From positions 96,720,001-96,784,000 of the forward strand of contig OX597814.1 of assembly GCA_951406725.2 (NCBI GenBank): a DNA stretch of 64,000 nt, in the 5' to 3' direction. Source of the stretch: Octopus vulgaris (taxonomy: Eukaryota). This document shows positions 1 through 11,988 of the stretch, in pieces. Position 1 is the first letter of the stretch; each line of letters starts with the position of its first letter. The notes below the pieces were generated by a model. The model was given only the letters and a program-made list of their open reading frames with translations, ran no database searches and had not been told where the DNA came from. The position numbers were made by a program, and so were the translations under genes.

Positions 1-32
1 GTGTTCGATGCAGTGGCCCACGGTGGCGATAC

Positions 33-73
<41 letters not shown>

Positions 74-82
74 TATCGATAC

Positions 83-133
<51 letters not shown>
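33..133. repeat. (AT)n microsatellite, representative of dozens of AT/AC/ATAC tracts in the window
   Basis: Direct reading; produces the YIYIYI ORFs. Confidence 0.98.
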
Positions 134-135
<2 letters not shown>

Positions 136-137
<2 letters not shown>

Positions 138-533
138 AGCATTTATGGGGATAAACAGTTTAGACACATCAATATACACGAAATATGTTAAATACATCAA
201 TACAAAATATATCTATGCATAAAAGCAAAACGATCCATACATTGCAAAAGGTGGAAATTACAGATGATGAATTTGTATGTATAGATAAATATTTATATCA
301 ATAGGTCCAACTTACACACCCCTTTAATCTTCTCTGCCATTTGTACTCAGTGTAAGTTGGACCTATTAATATAAATATGTATATTATCTTCACATAAATA
401 TCCATCTGAAAGTTTCCACCTTTTGCTTTCTCTCGCTTTGCATGTGTACATATATATATATTTTGTATTTGCTGTATTTAATATATTTAGGTATGTTTGA
501 TGTGTATAATTTGTTTATTTCCATAATTGCTTC
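136..533. repeat. Long imperfect inverted repeat (fold-back element)
   Basis: Outer gaagcatttatgg..acacatcaa pairs with ttgatgtgt..ccataattgcttc; inner aataggtccaacttacac pairs with gtgtaagttggacctatt around a ~30-nt spacer. Confidence 0.85.
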
Positions 534-648
534 TATAGCCGCTGAACCGGATCGCTCTTATAGCCTTTCCTTCCCTTGTGGGATGATCTTGTGTAAAGAC
601 ATCGGAGTCTAAGACCGAATCTTTTGAGCACTACTAAGAGTATATATA

Positions 649-931
649 TATTTCTTTATTGCCCAGAGAGGGATAAACATAGAAGGGACAAACAAGGACA
701 GACAAACGGATTAAGTCGATTACATCGACCCCAGTGCGTAACTGGTACTTATTTAATCGATCCCGTAAGGATGAAAGGCAAAGTCGACCTCGGCGGAATT
801 TGAACTCAGAACGTAACGACAGACGAAATACCTATTTCTTTATTACCCACAAGGGGCTAAACATAGAGGGGACAAACAAGGACAGACATGGGTATTAAGT
901 CGATTACACCGACCCCAGTGCGTAACTGGTA
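649..931 (-). mobile_element. tRNA-derived SINE family A, tandem head-truncated copies
   Basis: Reverse complement of the recurring ..gagttcaaattccgccgaggtcgactttgcctttcatcctttcggggtcga.. body; second unit cut by the Helitron at 932. Confidence 0.9.
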
Positions 932-2110
932 CTAGCCTAAGTACCTGGCGTTGCTCGGAAGCTTAAAGAATATTAAAGGAAATAAATATATTTATTCTGA
1001 TAAAAAAGATATTTTCAGAAAAATTCTATCAGATGACGTGAGTATAAACAAAGTTATTAAAACAAATCCTAAAATCAATCACAGTTTAATTTTGTAGAAC
1101 TTCTAAATATACAATGTTTTCTGTGTGTCCTTTAATTGAAGAAACAAAGAAAAAGAATTCGGGGTCTTTCAACTCGTGCACATCCTACATATAATTGCAC
1201 ATAAGAGAAGCAAGGAGAAGCAAGGTTAAGTCCAACAACGTTGAGAGATTGTGGTTGAGATTTGTTTATGGACATAGCAAAACTTGGAGCCGTTTAAATT
1301 CATAGGGGAGGTCAGATGGGATTAATGGGATCCGTGGAATGAAGACATCGTCACCCTTATATTTCCCAAGAGAAATGAATTTTGGTGGTAAGGACTAAAC
1401 CTCATGTTTCATTATCACAATTAGAAAGCGTTTGTCTTTACCTTATGACGGAGAATTATTCAATATCGTGTTTGCTTCTATCAGAATCATTTGCCTTTAA
1501 AGCGAAAAAAAATCGACGTATACGACAGGTATGTAAAATATATTTCTGTTTTTGAAAAAAAGTAAAAAATTTAATGCCCCCGCCTCCAAACCTTCCCCGA
1601 CTAATGAAAACCTTCATGCCAAATTTGGTACAGATTGATCCAGCTGTGCAGAACAATAGGCCGTGTGGTTAGGGGTAAATTGTAGATTCGATTTTGAATC
1701 TGAGGTAGGACCAATATCCAAGTAGAAATAATCACATCGCATGTAAATATGAAATATCGAGTGTACTCTAGCTACCTTTATTAGGTCGATTCTACGAACA
1801 ATTATTTAAGTAACTCCTGTCGATATCTCTAACTTATGATCCGGAATATTGAACTTTAAAATTTACAAAGTTTATCGTATAAATTGAAAGATATCCTACA
1901 GTGTATAAGCGTGTATCCGTATGAAGACCTTTCGTTATTTAGAAACTTTACTGTTTCTTTTTCTTTAAACCTCGTTTCATTACCAAAATTAAAAAGCATT
2001 TCAGAATCGTTTACCTTTAAAACGAAAAAACAAAACCCACGCAATTTCCAGACAGCCAAATTTGGTACAGATTGATCCAGCGGTTTGGCCGTGCATAGAA
2101 GAACACACAC
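932..2110 (-). mobile_element. Non-autonomous Helitron (5' boundary uncertain)
   Basis: Minus-strand end ccgagcaacgccaggtacttaggCTAG followed by T resembles the 3' hairpin+CTAG of the Helitrons at 21076 and 43310; internal repeat caaatttggtacagattgatccagc at ~1620 and ~2057. Confidence 0.7.
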
Positions 2111-2170
<60 letters not shown>

Positions 2171-2176
2171 ACACAT

Positions 2177-2223
<47 letters not shown>

Positions 2224-2669
2224 CATACATATATATATATATACATATAGATATATGAGGGTATATATATATATTGGCTATTATTATTGAGTATGTAAGA
2301 TGGTTGATTCTCAAAGGGAATAAATGGATAAATGGATGCGCTATAGACCATACGACAAAGTGTATTCAAGTGGTCGAAGAGAAGAGCGGAATATAACATT
2401 AAGAGTAGGAAGGAGATAGGTAAAGGAGTAAAAAAAAAAGAAAAACAAAAATTGATATATAAAAATGAATGACAGAAAAAAAGAGAGATAGCGATATAAA
2501 TGCCCATATTTCCACAGCAACATACAAGCCGGAAGTCATACATACACATGCATAAGTGGCTAGATATAGATTCTTTGAAATTGTCACCCCTAGAATATAT
2601 GTGGGAGTCTATGTATGTATTATTGTATATATGTATTTATAATATGTATGCGTATACATAGATACATAG

Positions 2670-2713
<44 letters not shown>

Positions 2714-2714
2714 T

Positions 2715-2829
<115 letters not shown>

Positions 2830-2909
2830 TTATAATATGTACGCGTATACATAGATACATAGATACAATATATATAAGACATAATTATCTAATTTTTATG
2901 CTTCCTAAC

Positions 2910-3140
2910 ACAATAATATGAAACGTACGTCCGATAGGTGACTAAATATGAGTTTCAGATGATTGGGAATCCACGATTTCTTTCTCTTTTGCCTATCGTT
3001 TGCCTATTTGAAAATGCTGTGGTTTTTTTTTTTTCTCATTTTAAGTAGCCAGAAACCGAAGCCAGATGTCGTGGATTCCCACTTCGGCATCTGAAACTCA
3101 GAGTTTTATCTTGACTATCGAGTAATGTAACATATTATTG
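2910..3140. repeat. Imperfect inverted repeat with decayed hammerhead-like motif in the right arm
   Basis: tgagtttcagatg..gggaatccacga versus tcgtggattccc..catctgaaactca; outer ataatatg/catattat. Confidence 0.7.
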
Positions 3141-3227
3141 TATAGATATATAAATATATATATATAAATTTCCTCTATTTACATAATATTGAGGTCTCTT
3201 TCTTTATTTTGTTATCTTACCGTTTTA

Positions 3228-3270
<43 letters not shown>

Positions 3271-3697
3271 GTAAACAGAGTTAGCGGTTATAGTAACTGA
3301 CTAAGGGATAAAATATCCGTATATACTATCGGTATCCGTTACCTGTGTTATCCCCGAGCATTGGTGTGCTGGCACACCATGCACGTAGAGTGCACAGACA
3401 ACAACAGGATAAACCTCGCTCAATGATGTTACATGTTACCACATTTGTTTGCAAGTAGGTAACCCTTTGTTTTAAATTTTCCGGGTTCATAAGATTATAC
3501 TCAAGGTGGCTTCGTCATTTATACGTGCGATCCTTACTACTTTCACCCAACTTTTTTTGAAACATTCGCTAGACAAAACTTGCCTCTCTACTCTCACTTT
3601 CCTTTTCAAGTGATACTTGAAAAAGTTGATGAGAGATTGACCAGAGAGGAAAGTGTTTGTTGCCGTTTGAAGGAAGGAGGCGTGACAATATTGGCGA

Positions 3698-3746
3698 TAG
3701 ATGGATAGATAGATAAATAGATAGACATATAGATAAGTAGACAGAC

Positions 3747-3845
<99 letters not shown>

Positions 3846-3866
3846 CAGATAGACAGACATACAAAC

Positions 3867-3963
<97 letters not shown>
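3698..3963. repeat. (GATA/GACA)n microsatellite
   Basis: Direct reading; also at 23045-23192 and 24100-24179. Confidence 0.98.
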
Positions 3964-4278
3964 CTTATGCATACAAATATACCTGGTTATATACGATCAA
4001 CGAGAGAGTGAGAAGCATGTTTAATAACTGGTATCTTTTAAGAGTGTCACAATGGAGAAGTCTGCAATATATATATAGTGGACATAGAAGTCTTCTTTGC
4101 GTGTGTACCCAGTTGGAAAGTAGTCGGAAGATGACTGAGTGGGTTACTGCAAGAGATAGAAATAAGATTTGACAGATGGCAAGTAAAGAATTTTAGGACG
4201 GCTTAAGCGAGTCGGTATAAGATTGACGCGTTCGGCGATAATTTGCCGCCTCTGCATCTCATGAGTATTAAAGACTCA

Positions 4279-4364
<86 letters not shown>

Positions 4365-4717
4365 TGCATGTGCTTCTGTATGAATTTATGTATTTATATG
4401 CATAATTAATATATCTCAGCTTATGCTATGCTGATGATTTCTATAAAACAATGAAATAGTATTATATTTACCACTGAATAAAAATTTTAAGAACTTCGTA
4501 ATGTGTAAGCAACAAAAATAGAATGGCTTTTCTTTATTCCTTTCCTTTGTTTCAAATTAATTCCACCAAATATTATGAAGAAATGACAATCTCCTTTGTA
4601 TTAACTTTCCGAAGGATGTCACTTGGATATGTGTATGTGTGTGCGTGTGTGTGTAAGTAGGTAGGTAGGTACATGTATGTATGCACGTATGTACATATAT
4701 GTATGCATGTATGTATA

Positions 4718-6735
4718 TTAGAGTGGCCTTTATTTTTCAACTTTCTAAAAGTTTAGTTGCCACACCCTATCTTGTTCCAATTAACAAATAACCAATCTAT
4801 GCAAAATTTTAATTCAATCGAACAACTGCAAGGCGACCCTCATCGACCATGAAATTTTGAAGTTTTCGTCCGGAAAGTTATTTTTTCAGATAAAAATTTT
4901 ATATCCCGTATATAATTTTCTCTTAAATTAAAATATTGTTCAGACTTATTCATAATAATAGAAGAATAAGTGATAATTAATATAATGGGGAAGGCAACTT
5001 GCAAAGCTGGGGTCAGAGTAGAGGTATAGGGCAAAAACCTATTTTTTCGCCGTCATCCAGTCGGCGGCCAGCCGTGAACGAGTGAGGTTGTGAGATGCAT
5101 TCGGCCACTGAAAGAATTGCACCGCACCTAATGGTAGTTTAGAGAAATAAAATATTAAGAAATATACGCTAGTGATAATCAGTAAACTAGTATGACTAGT
5201 GCACGTTTGTAAATAGAAGTTAATTTATTTGATTTAAACTTGTAAGCATTCATTCATTTTGTTGTGGGACATTATGATATAGAACTTCCCCTAATGTGTT
5301 GGTAGCCCTGACAAAGTTGTAATACCATGTTTATAACCTTTCCGTTTTTATAATGTTATGTGTTTCGTATACTTATTTTCAACGCCTTAGAACAACGTTT
5401 AGAGAAGTGGGACACACAGAAATACAGCACAAATTTAATCTGAATGACTGTCAAGAATTAGTGTTGCACTGGGATGAAAAGCTCCTCCCGGCATTCATAG
5501 GCGTTGGAAAGGTTGATAGACTGACTATAACAGTAACTTTTCAAGGCAAGGAGCAATTGTTGGGACTCCCTAAAATTCCAACATCTTCAGGAGAACAGCA
5601 AGCCATGGTTGTTTACCAAGCAGTGGAGAAATGGGGTATCACCAACAAAATGCAGGCACTTTGCTGTGATACGACAACAAGCAACACAGGTCGAGTAAAT
5701 GGTGCCTGTAACAAACCTAGAAAAATTGTTCAATCGCAACCTGTTGTACTTCCCTTACTATCATCGTATTTTTGAGTTTGTTTTTAGGAGTTGTTTTGAC
5801 TTACTGATGAGTACAACTTCTGGTCCAGGCAGAGTGCTTTTCAAAAGATGGAAAGAAACCTGGACGAAAGAAATTTTACATAACTGGTAGCCATGAAGTT
5901 CCTGATGATGCCCGCTCTACCATTCTTGGATTTCTGAATATCACCTTTCTACAAAAAAACAACAGTGAAATGATTACCGAGAATTGTTGGAACTAACGAT
6001 GATCTTTCTTGGCGGTATTCTGAAGAACGGGATATCGTTTCGTACACCAGAAGCTGTAACTCATGCTAAGTGGATGTCAAAAGCAATTTACGCATTCAAG
6101 AGATACCTGTTTCAAGATAAATTTCAGTTATCTCCTAGGGAGAAGAACTCTTAAAGAAGAATATGTATTTTTCTTGCTCGAGTGTGTGTTCGAGCCTAGT
6201 TTCTGTCATCAGAAGCAATTAAAGCAACTTATGATTTCCTATTCATGCGTCAACGGATAAATTATCAGGATATTAATCCAGAAATCAGTACGGCTGCTGC
6301 GAAAGAATTTTCCAACCATTTCTGGTACTTAGCTCCCGAAACTGTGGCTCTAACTATATTTGATGACAATGTTCCAACAGAGGTAAAGGCAAATATTGTT
6401 CAAGTTATGCTGGAAACAGACACAGGTGAAGAAGAGGAAGAAGGAAAAAAATCAACTGAAGAGGTACATCCTGCACCAAAATGATTTTTCTTCCTTAACA
6501 AATATCGAGTTTTCGTACATTGTAACTCTTCGTACAAAAATCTTCTTCACAAGATTTTCTATCAGCATTGATTTCCTCGAGAAAGACCCTTCAACATGTA
6601 AGAATGATCCTAGTTACAAAAGTGGACTTGAAAAACTCGAGAAGACAGTTGTTGTGAATGATGTTGCAGAAAGAGATGTCAAACTCATTCAGGATTACAA
6701 TAACATTCTCACAAAAGATGAAACTGAAACAATTT
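4718..6735 (+). mobile_element. Decayed DDE transposon, hAT-like (probably hATm type), 3' end missing
   Basis: Frameshifted transposase blocks LHWDEKLL, CDTTTSNTG, LLYFPYYHRIFE (decayed CxxH), HAKWMSK (RW motif), HFWYLAPE, VVNDVAERDVKL; putative terminus TTAGAGTGG at 4718. Subfamily label is from motif recognition only. Confidence 0.75.
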
Positions 6736-6736
6736 C

Positions 6737-6918
6737 AGTCCACAAAAATGTCCAGCCTTATCACGTTCGGTGTGTTGCGCTGAATCTCTCCGACAACTAC
6801 TTTAAGGATACGCGTGTTCGTGAGTGCTCAGCCACTTGCACGTTAATTCCACGAGCAGGCTGTTCTGTTGACAGGGACAACTGGAACACAAGCCGTCGTA
6901 ACCGATAGAGTACCAGTT
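6737..6918 (+). mobile_element. 3' fragment of SINE family B
   Basis: Matches the 3' half of the copy at 15524-15843 (cgctgaatctc..ctcagccacttgcacgttaatt..cgtcgtaacc..gagtacca). Confidence 0.8.
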
Positions 6919-6959
6919 AACCTCTTTCTATACCTTGTATGTCTTCAGTATTGAGTAAT

Positions 6960-7522
6960 TGCTTAAAATTTTGGCACAGGATCAGCAACATGGGGAGAAG
7001 AGGTTAGTCGATATTATCGATCCCAGTGCTTGGTTGGTGCAATATTTTATCGCTCTAGAATGAATGAAAGACAAAGTCGATCTCGGCGGGATTAAAACTC
7101 GGAAAGTAATAAGCCGGAAGAAAATGCCGTCTAGTATTTTGTCTGATATGCTAACGTTTCTGCCAGCCCTTCGTCATTTTCAGCATAGAGTGATGATAAC
7201 TGGTTTCAAATTTCAGCACAAGGATGGCAAGTTTGGAGGAAAGAATAAGTCGACTTCATTGGCCCCAGTACTCAACTGGAACTTATTTTAATCGACCCCG
7301 AAACGAGGAAAGGGGGAATTTGAATTCAGAACTTAAAGACGGATGACATGCCGCTAAGCATTTTACCCGGCGCAGTAATGATTCTGCTAGCTCACCACCC
7401 TTCGCACGCACACTATATTATTAATTAATTGTTACTACTCTATAAGGCGGCGAGCTGGCAGAATCGCTAAGTAAAATACTTAGTGGCATTTCGTCCTTCT
7501 TTACCTGTTGAGTTCAAATTTT
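6960..7522. mobile_element. Cluster of diverged SINE family A copies (two minus, one plus head)
   Basis: Degenerate matches to family A at 6960-7170(-), 7200-7400(-), 7445-7522(+). Confidence 0.8.
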
Positions 7523-8002
7523 GAAACCCATATATTGTCCATGTAAATGACATTTTTAACTTGAAGGATAGGGAGAGTAAAAGTGAGATCGAATCATATA
7601 GCCTGAGAGATAGCTACAAACGGTTTGGAATTTACTCGTACCAAATTTTCTTCCCCTCTTTGAACAGTTCACGTTCGCTAATTTTCTATCCTCTTTTTTA
7701 TTGATCTTGTCAGCCATACTTCGTGTGTATATGCGCGCGCACATGTGTTTGCGTGTGAGTCTATGTTCCAACAATATCAGTGAGTTCTAGACACGTGGTC
7801 TTATCGTGCTGTTTCTGGATCAACATCTGTGAATACACCACGCTACGACCATCGTTGTGCGAATGAAGACCTCTCACTGTGATTGTTCATTATAAGCAGC
7901 TTAGTTTGGTCATTTTCATGTAAGAGAAGATGACACATGAATAGTAATACTTACTTGTTTGTTTGGGTTTCTTTTTTCTTCTTTTTTCTATTTTTATTTT
8001 TA

Positions 8003-8364
8003 AGGCGTCAAACTGTCAGAATCGTTACCACACCGGACAAAATGCTTAGCAGCATTTCTCTCGGTTTCTGAGTTCAAATACCGCCCGGGTCAACTTTGCC
8101 TTTCATCCTTTCGGGGTTGATAAAATAAGTACCAGTTGAGCATTGGAGTTGATGTAATCGACTTAGCCCTTAACCTGAAATTTCTTGCCTTGTTCCAGAA
8201 TTTGAAACTAATATTTCTTTGGTTTAAGGCGACCAGCAGATAGAATCCTTTCTACGTCGGGCGCACATACTCAGCGGCATTTCGTCCGACTTCACGTTTT
8301 GAGTTGAAATTCTGCCTGGGTCGACTTTGCGTTTCAACCTTTCGGAGTTGATAAAATAAGTATT
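8003..8364 (+). mobile_element. Two SINE family A copies; the second is split by the LTR element and resumes at 11144-11220
   Basis: gataaaataagtatt | aattaagcactggaatcgttgtaatcgg rejoins to the family consensus gataaaataagtaccagttgagcactggggtcgatgtaatcg. Confidence 0.85.
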
Positions 8365-8973
8365 TGTAGTGATATTATAACGGTGCGCGCTCGCGCACCG
8401 ACCATTTGTATTTCGCGCGTGTTGTTGCCTTCACCAAGGCACAGAAAGGAAGGGCCCTCTCGCGCATACGCGAACCACCGGCAGCACGACCCTATTGCCT
8501 ACGTAGCAGTTAGCGAGGCAAGGGGGTCGTAGAACGTTTGACCGCTAGCGTCCAGCAAGCGGTGACTTGGGAACCCAGCGATTGACGGCGACGGTCACGC
8601 ATATATTCTCTCCGTCAGGATTAGATTCTAGCAGTCCTTTGGCCGAAGACTTTTAACCAAAATTGTTGCAGACCAACATTGTCTCCATTGTTCGACGCCA
8701 TCTTGAATCCTTTCTGTTTTTGGGCTGGACATTGTAAATATTACAATCTATTAACTTTCAGCCTTGCGCGCCTGAATCAAGGACATCAGATAACACACTT
8801 ATTGTTATTGTTTACCAAGAAAGAGAATAAAGTAATTATATATATATATTTCACGTCAGCGTCCTGTTTGTTTCTGACTAGTAGAGATTCTGGATAATTA
8901 ACGAACGAGCTAGTGATTGCTTTGTGCACCCCAAAAGTGCACAAGAGATATTTACTTCACATAAGCTCGTACA
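8365..8973 (+). repeat. 5' LTR (609 bp)
   Basis: Starts TGTAGT, ends TACA, contains AATAAA at ~8825; direct repeat of 10522-11139. Confidence 0.95.
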
Positions 8974-8975
8974 AG

Positions 8976-8996
8976 TGGTGACCCCCGACGTGATTC
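8976..8996 (+). promoter_or_regulatory. Primer-binding site complementary to tRNA-Trp
   Basis: TGGTGACCCCCGACGTGATTC 2 nt after the LTR; complementary (one extra C) to the metazoan tRNA-Trp 3' end GAATCACGTCGGGGTCACCA. Confidence 0.9.
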
Positions 8997-10510
8997 TGGT
9001 CTAAAACCAGAGATCACTTATCAACAAAAAAAATCCAGTTTTTCTGCGAAGTCGGAACACGATTTAACTCTACGCATTCATCTTACGACGATTTGTTTTC
9101 CGGCCACCACAAAGTTGTAGAAGGAGCCTCTTTCTTATTCTACAGCCATGATGACGAACTCCATCAATTCATCGATGCCTTTTCACCACCTTCGTCATCA
9201 TCATCGTCGTCTGTCTACTTCACGTCGTCGCTATCTTCGTCGCCATCATCACTAAGAACGATGTTGTCCCAAGTCCACTACAGTCGCCTTCCACCACCAA
9301 CGTCGCCTTTCAACACCGTCGACCTCCACCAAGATGTACATGGCAACTCGCGGAAGTTTGGTCCACTTGCCGTTTGTGCATTAGCACACCAAGAATTCAC
9401 AGCCCAGCACTTTCTACGAGATTCTTCTGTTCCAGTTAACCTGTCACAGCATTGAAGCCACAACCGTTACACGATATGTGTTCAACCGGCATCTGCATTT
9501 TGTGATTTCAACATTTCTGTTACAGAACGAACTGCTATTGTACATCAGGCTATTACAGACTGGTAAATTAATTCTTGTCTGGAATAGCCCGAGAGACATT
9601 TTTTCTATGCGCTGTATTTTTTGTATTTTGCTCGCATTCACCTTGTATGTATTTCTGTCGCACACACGTACACACACATAAATGCTCTCTCTCACATACA
9701 TACGTCACACATGCTTTTCTCGCTTTTTTTTTTCCATGCTGAATTTGCCTTTTGTGGACACCCCTCATTTCTATAGACCCTAGGTTGGTCACGTATACAT
9801 AGAGAGGGTTGTTTGTCCATTATAACGCGCCAGCATGTCATACTTTTGTTCCTATACGAACGAAGCATATAATCGCTTAACCACTGGCATATTCTTGCTG
9901 TTTTTTGGTCTGGCAAGCACTATTGCATTTCATGCGCCTTTTGCTTCGCACGTGTATTGCCTGGTTTTTTGCAACACGTTTGCAGTAGCTTAGTTTTTCC
10001 CGACTCATAAGACGTCGGATGTTCAAATGCGCTGCGCCGATTTATAGGCGTAATTATTTTTCCCTGTTAGACCACTGTTGGTCACGTAATTAACAGAAAA
10101 CTATCTGTGTCGCGCATCACACCAGCATGTTTGCACCTTTGCCTTTTGTGTTACTAGCGAGCTTCTGCCAATTCCATTTCCTCTCCTGCAGCAATTGATT
10201 TAACTGCTATTTTGCAGGATCAACCACCTTTAGAGAAGTTGGATTTTAATTTCGTTTAGGTTCATTAACAGTGAGTTCTGCCTTTTCTTTCGCTCCCTTC
10301 AGCGGAAGGCTCTATACTTTGTGACGTATACACTTTCATGCATGCACTCTTGATTTTTGCTCATTGAGTATTTTTTCTCTTTTTCCTTTAGTAAATTTCT
10401 TGTGTATGTTATAAATTTTGCCATTATATTATTGTGTGCTATTTGGTTATCTGGTGTCCACCTTGAGTTTTGCAGTCACTACAATAAGTTTCCTTTCGTG
10501 CGTACGCACT

Positions 10511-10519
10511 GGAGGGGAG
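10511..10519 (+). promoter_or_regulatory. Polypurine tract
   Basis: GGAGGGGAG 2 nt before the 3' LTR. Confidence 0.85.
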
Positions 10520-10521
10520 CC

Positions 10522-11139
10522 TGTAGTGATATTATAACGGTGCGCGCTCGCGCACCGACCATTTGTATTTCGCGCGTGTTGTTGCCTTCACCAAGGCACA
10601 GAAAGGAAGGGCCCTCTCGCGCATGCGCGAACCACCGGTAGCACGACCCTATTGCCTACGTAGCAGTTAGCGAGGCAAGGGGGTCGTAGAACGTTTGACC
10701 GCTAGCGTCCAGCAAGCGGTGACTTGGGAACCCAGCGATTGACGGCGACGGTCACGCATATATTCTCTCCGTCAGGATTAGATTCTAGCAGTCCTTTGGC
10801 CGAAGACTTTTAACCAAAATTGTTGCAGACCAACATTGTCTCCATTGTTCGACGCCATCTTGAATCCTTTCTGTTTTTGGGCTGGACATTGTAAATATTA
10901 CAATCTATTAACTTTCAGCCTTGCGCGCCTGAATCAAGGACATCAGATAACACACTTATTGTTATTGTTTACCAAGAAAGAGAATAAAGTAATTATATAT
11001 ATATATTTCACGTCAGCGTCCTGTTTGTTTCTGACTAGTAGAGATTCTGGATTATTAAAGCAACGGCTAGTGAGAGTGATTGCTTTGTGCACCCCAAAAG
11101 TGCACGAGGATATTCACACTTCACATTAAGTTCGTTACA
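10522..11139 (+). repeat. 3' LTR (618 bp)
   Basis: TGTAGT..TTACA; near-identical to the 5' LTR except the last ~85 bp. Confidence 0.95.
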
Positions 11140-11296
11140 TATTAATTAAGCACTGGAATCGTTGTAATCGGTTTAGACCCTACTCTAAAATTGCTAGTCT
11201 AGTTCCAAAATTTGAAACTAATATCAATTTGATTTCATTTTTCTTTTCTTAAAGTTAAACTTATAATTCGACTGGTTACAATCTTCATGTGACCAC

Positions 11297-11478
11297 GTGT
11301 GTACCGTTGGCGATTTTTTTCCCTCCGTCTTCCCTTCTTTGGATCTTTCCTTTTCCTATGTTTCTGACGAAGAGCTCCGCTCGAAACGTTAGACCCGCCT
11401 TCTTTCCTTCTTTCCTGAGCGTCCAATAATACTATACTTGTTCCACGTCCTCGCGTTGTTGTGTTTTCATGTTTGGAT

Positions 11479-11484
<6 letters not shown>
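11297..11484 (+). mobile_element. Short dispersed repeat carrying a hammerhead motif (Penelope pLTR-like)
   Basis: Homologous to 31000-31192 on the minus strand; both abut (AT)n. Confidence 0.75.
11360..11394 (+). ncRNA. Minimal type I hammerhead ribozyme motif
   Basis: gttt CTGACGA a gagc-tcc-gctc GAAA CG T T agac: conserved core, stem II, palindromic ACGT stem III, stem I gttt/agac. Confidence 0.75.
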
Positions 11485-11526
<42 letters not shown>

Positions 11527-11629
11527 ATTAATATTTCCACTTGTTCCATATCTATGCGCATGTCAGTTTCTGCATATTTTACATCTTCAGTAATTAGTAG
11601 TGGATCGTAGATACATAGCTTTCATCTGC

Positions 11630-11795
11630 GGCCATGATGGAGCACCGACTGAATGCTTTAGTTGAACAAATCGAAACCAGTACTTATATTTTAAGCTTGT
11701 TGTTACCTATTCCATCGGGCTCTTTTGCTGAAAGGCTAGATTACGGGAACACAAACAAGCCACCATAGGTTTTCAAGCGGCGGTGGGGGACAACC
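11630..11795 (-). mobile_element. 3' part of SINE family C (CORE-type, OR-like)
   Basis: Reverse complement of the tail of the full copy at 60954-61397. Confidence 0.75.
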
Positions 11796-11919
11796 ACATA
11801 CACAAAAACACATACGCACACACACACACACACACACACACGTACTTATATACATATACATATATGTGTGTACATACATATATATATGTACATACATACA
11901 TACATATGTATGTGTGTGT

Positions 11920-11988
<69 letters not shown>

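Larger units (their letters stand above)
8365..11139 (+). mobile_element. Non-autonomous Gypsy LTR retrotransposon, CsRn1-clade-like
   Basis: TG..CA LTRs 8365-8973 and 10522-11139; TSD TATT (8361-8364, 11140-11143); PBS 8976-8996; PPT 10511-10519; no pol ORF; RKFGPLA-RLC trace of a CHCC gag motif near 9350-9385. Confidence 0.92.

Noticed and set aside
8679-11129. Duplicated 72/97-aa ORFs suggesting a gene pair
   Set aside because: They lie in the two LTRs, start at non-ATG codons and show no domain.
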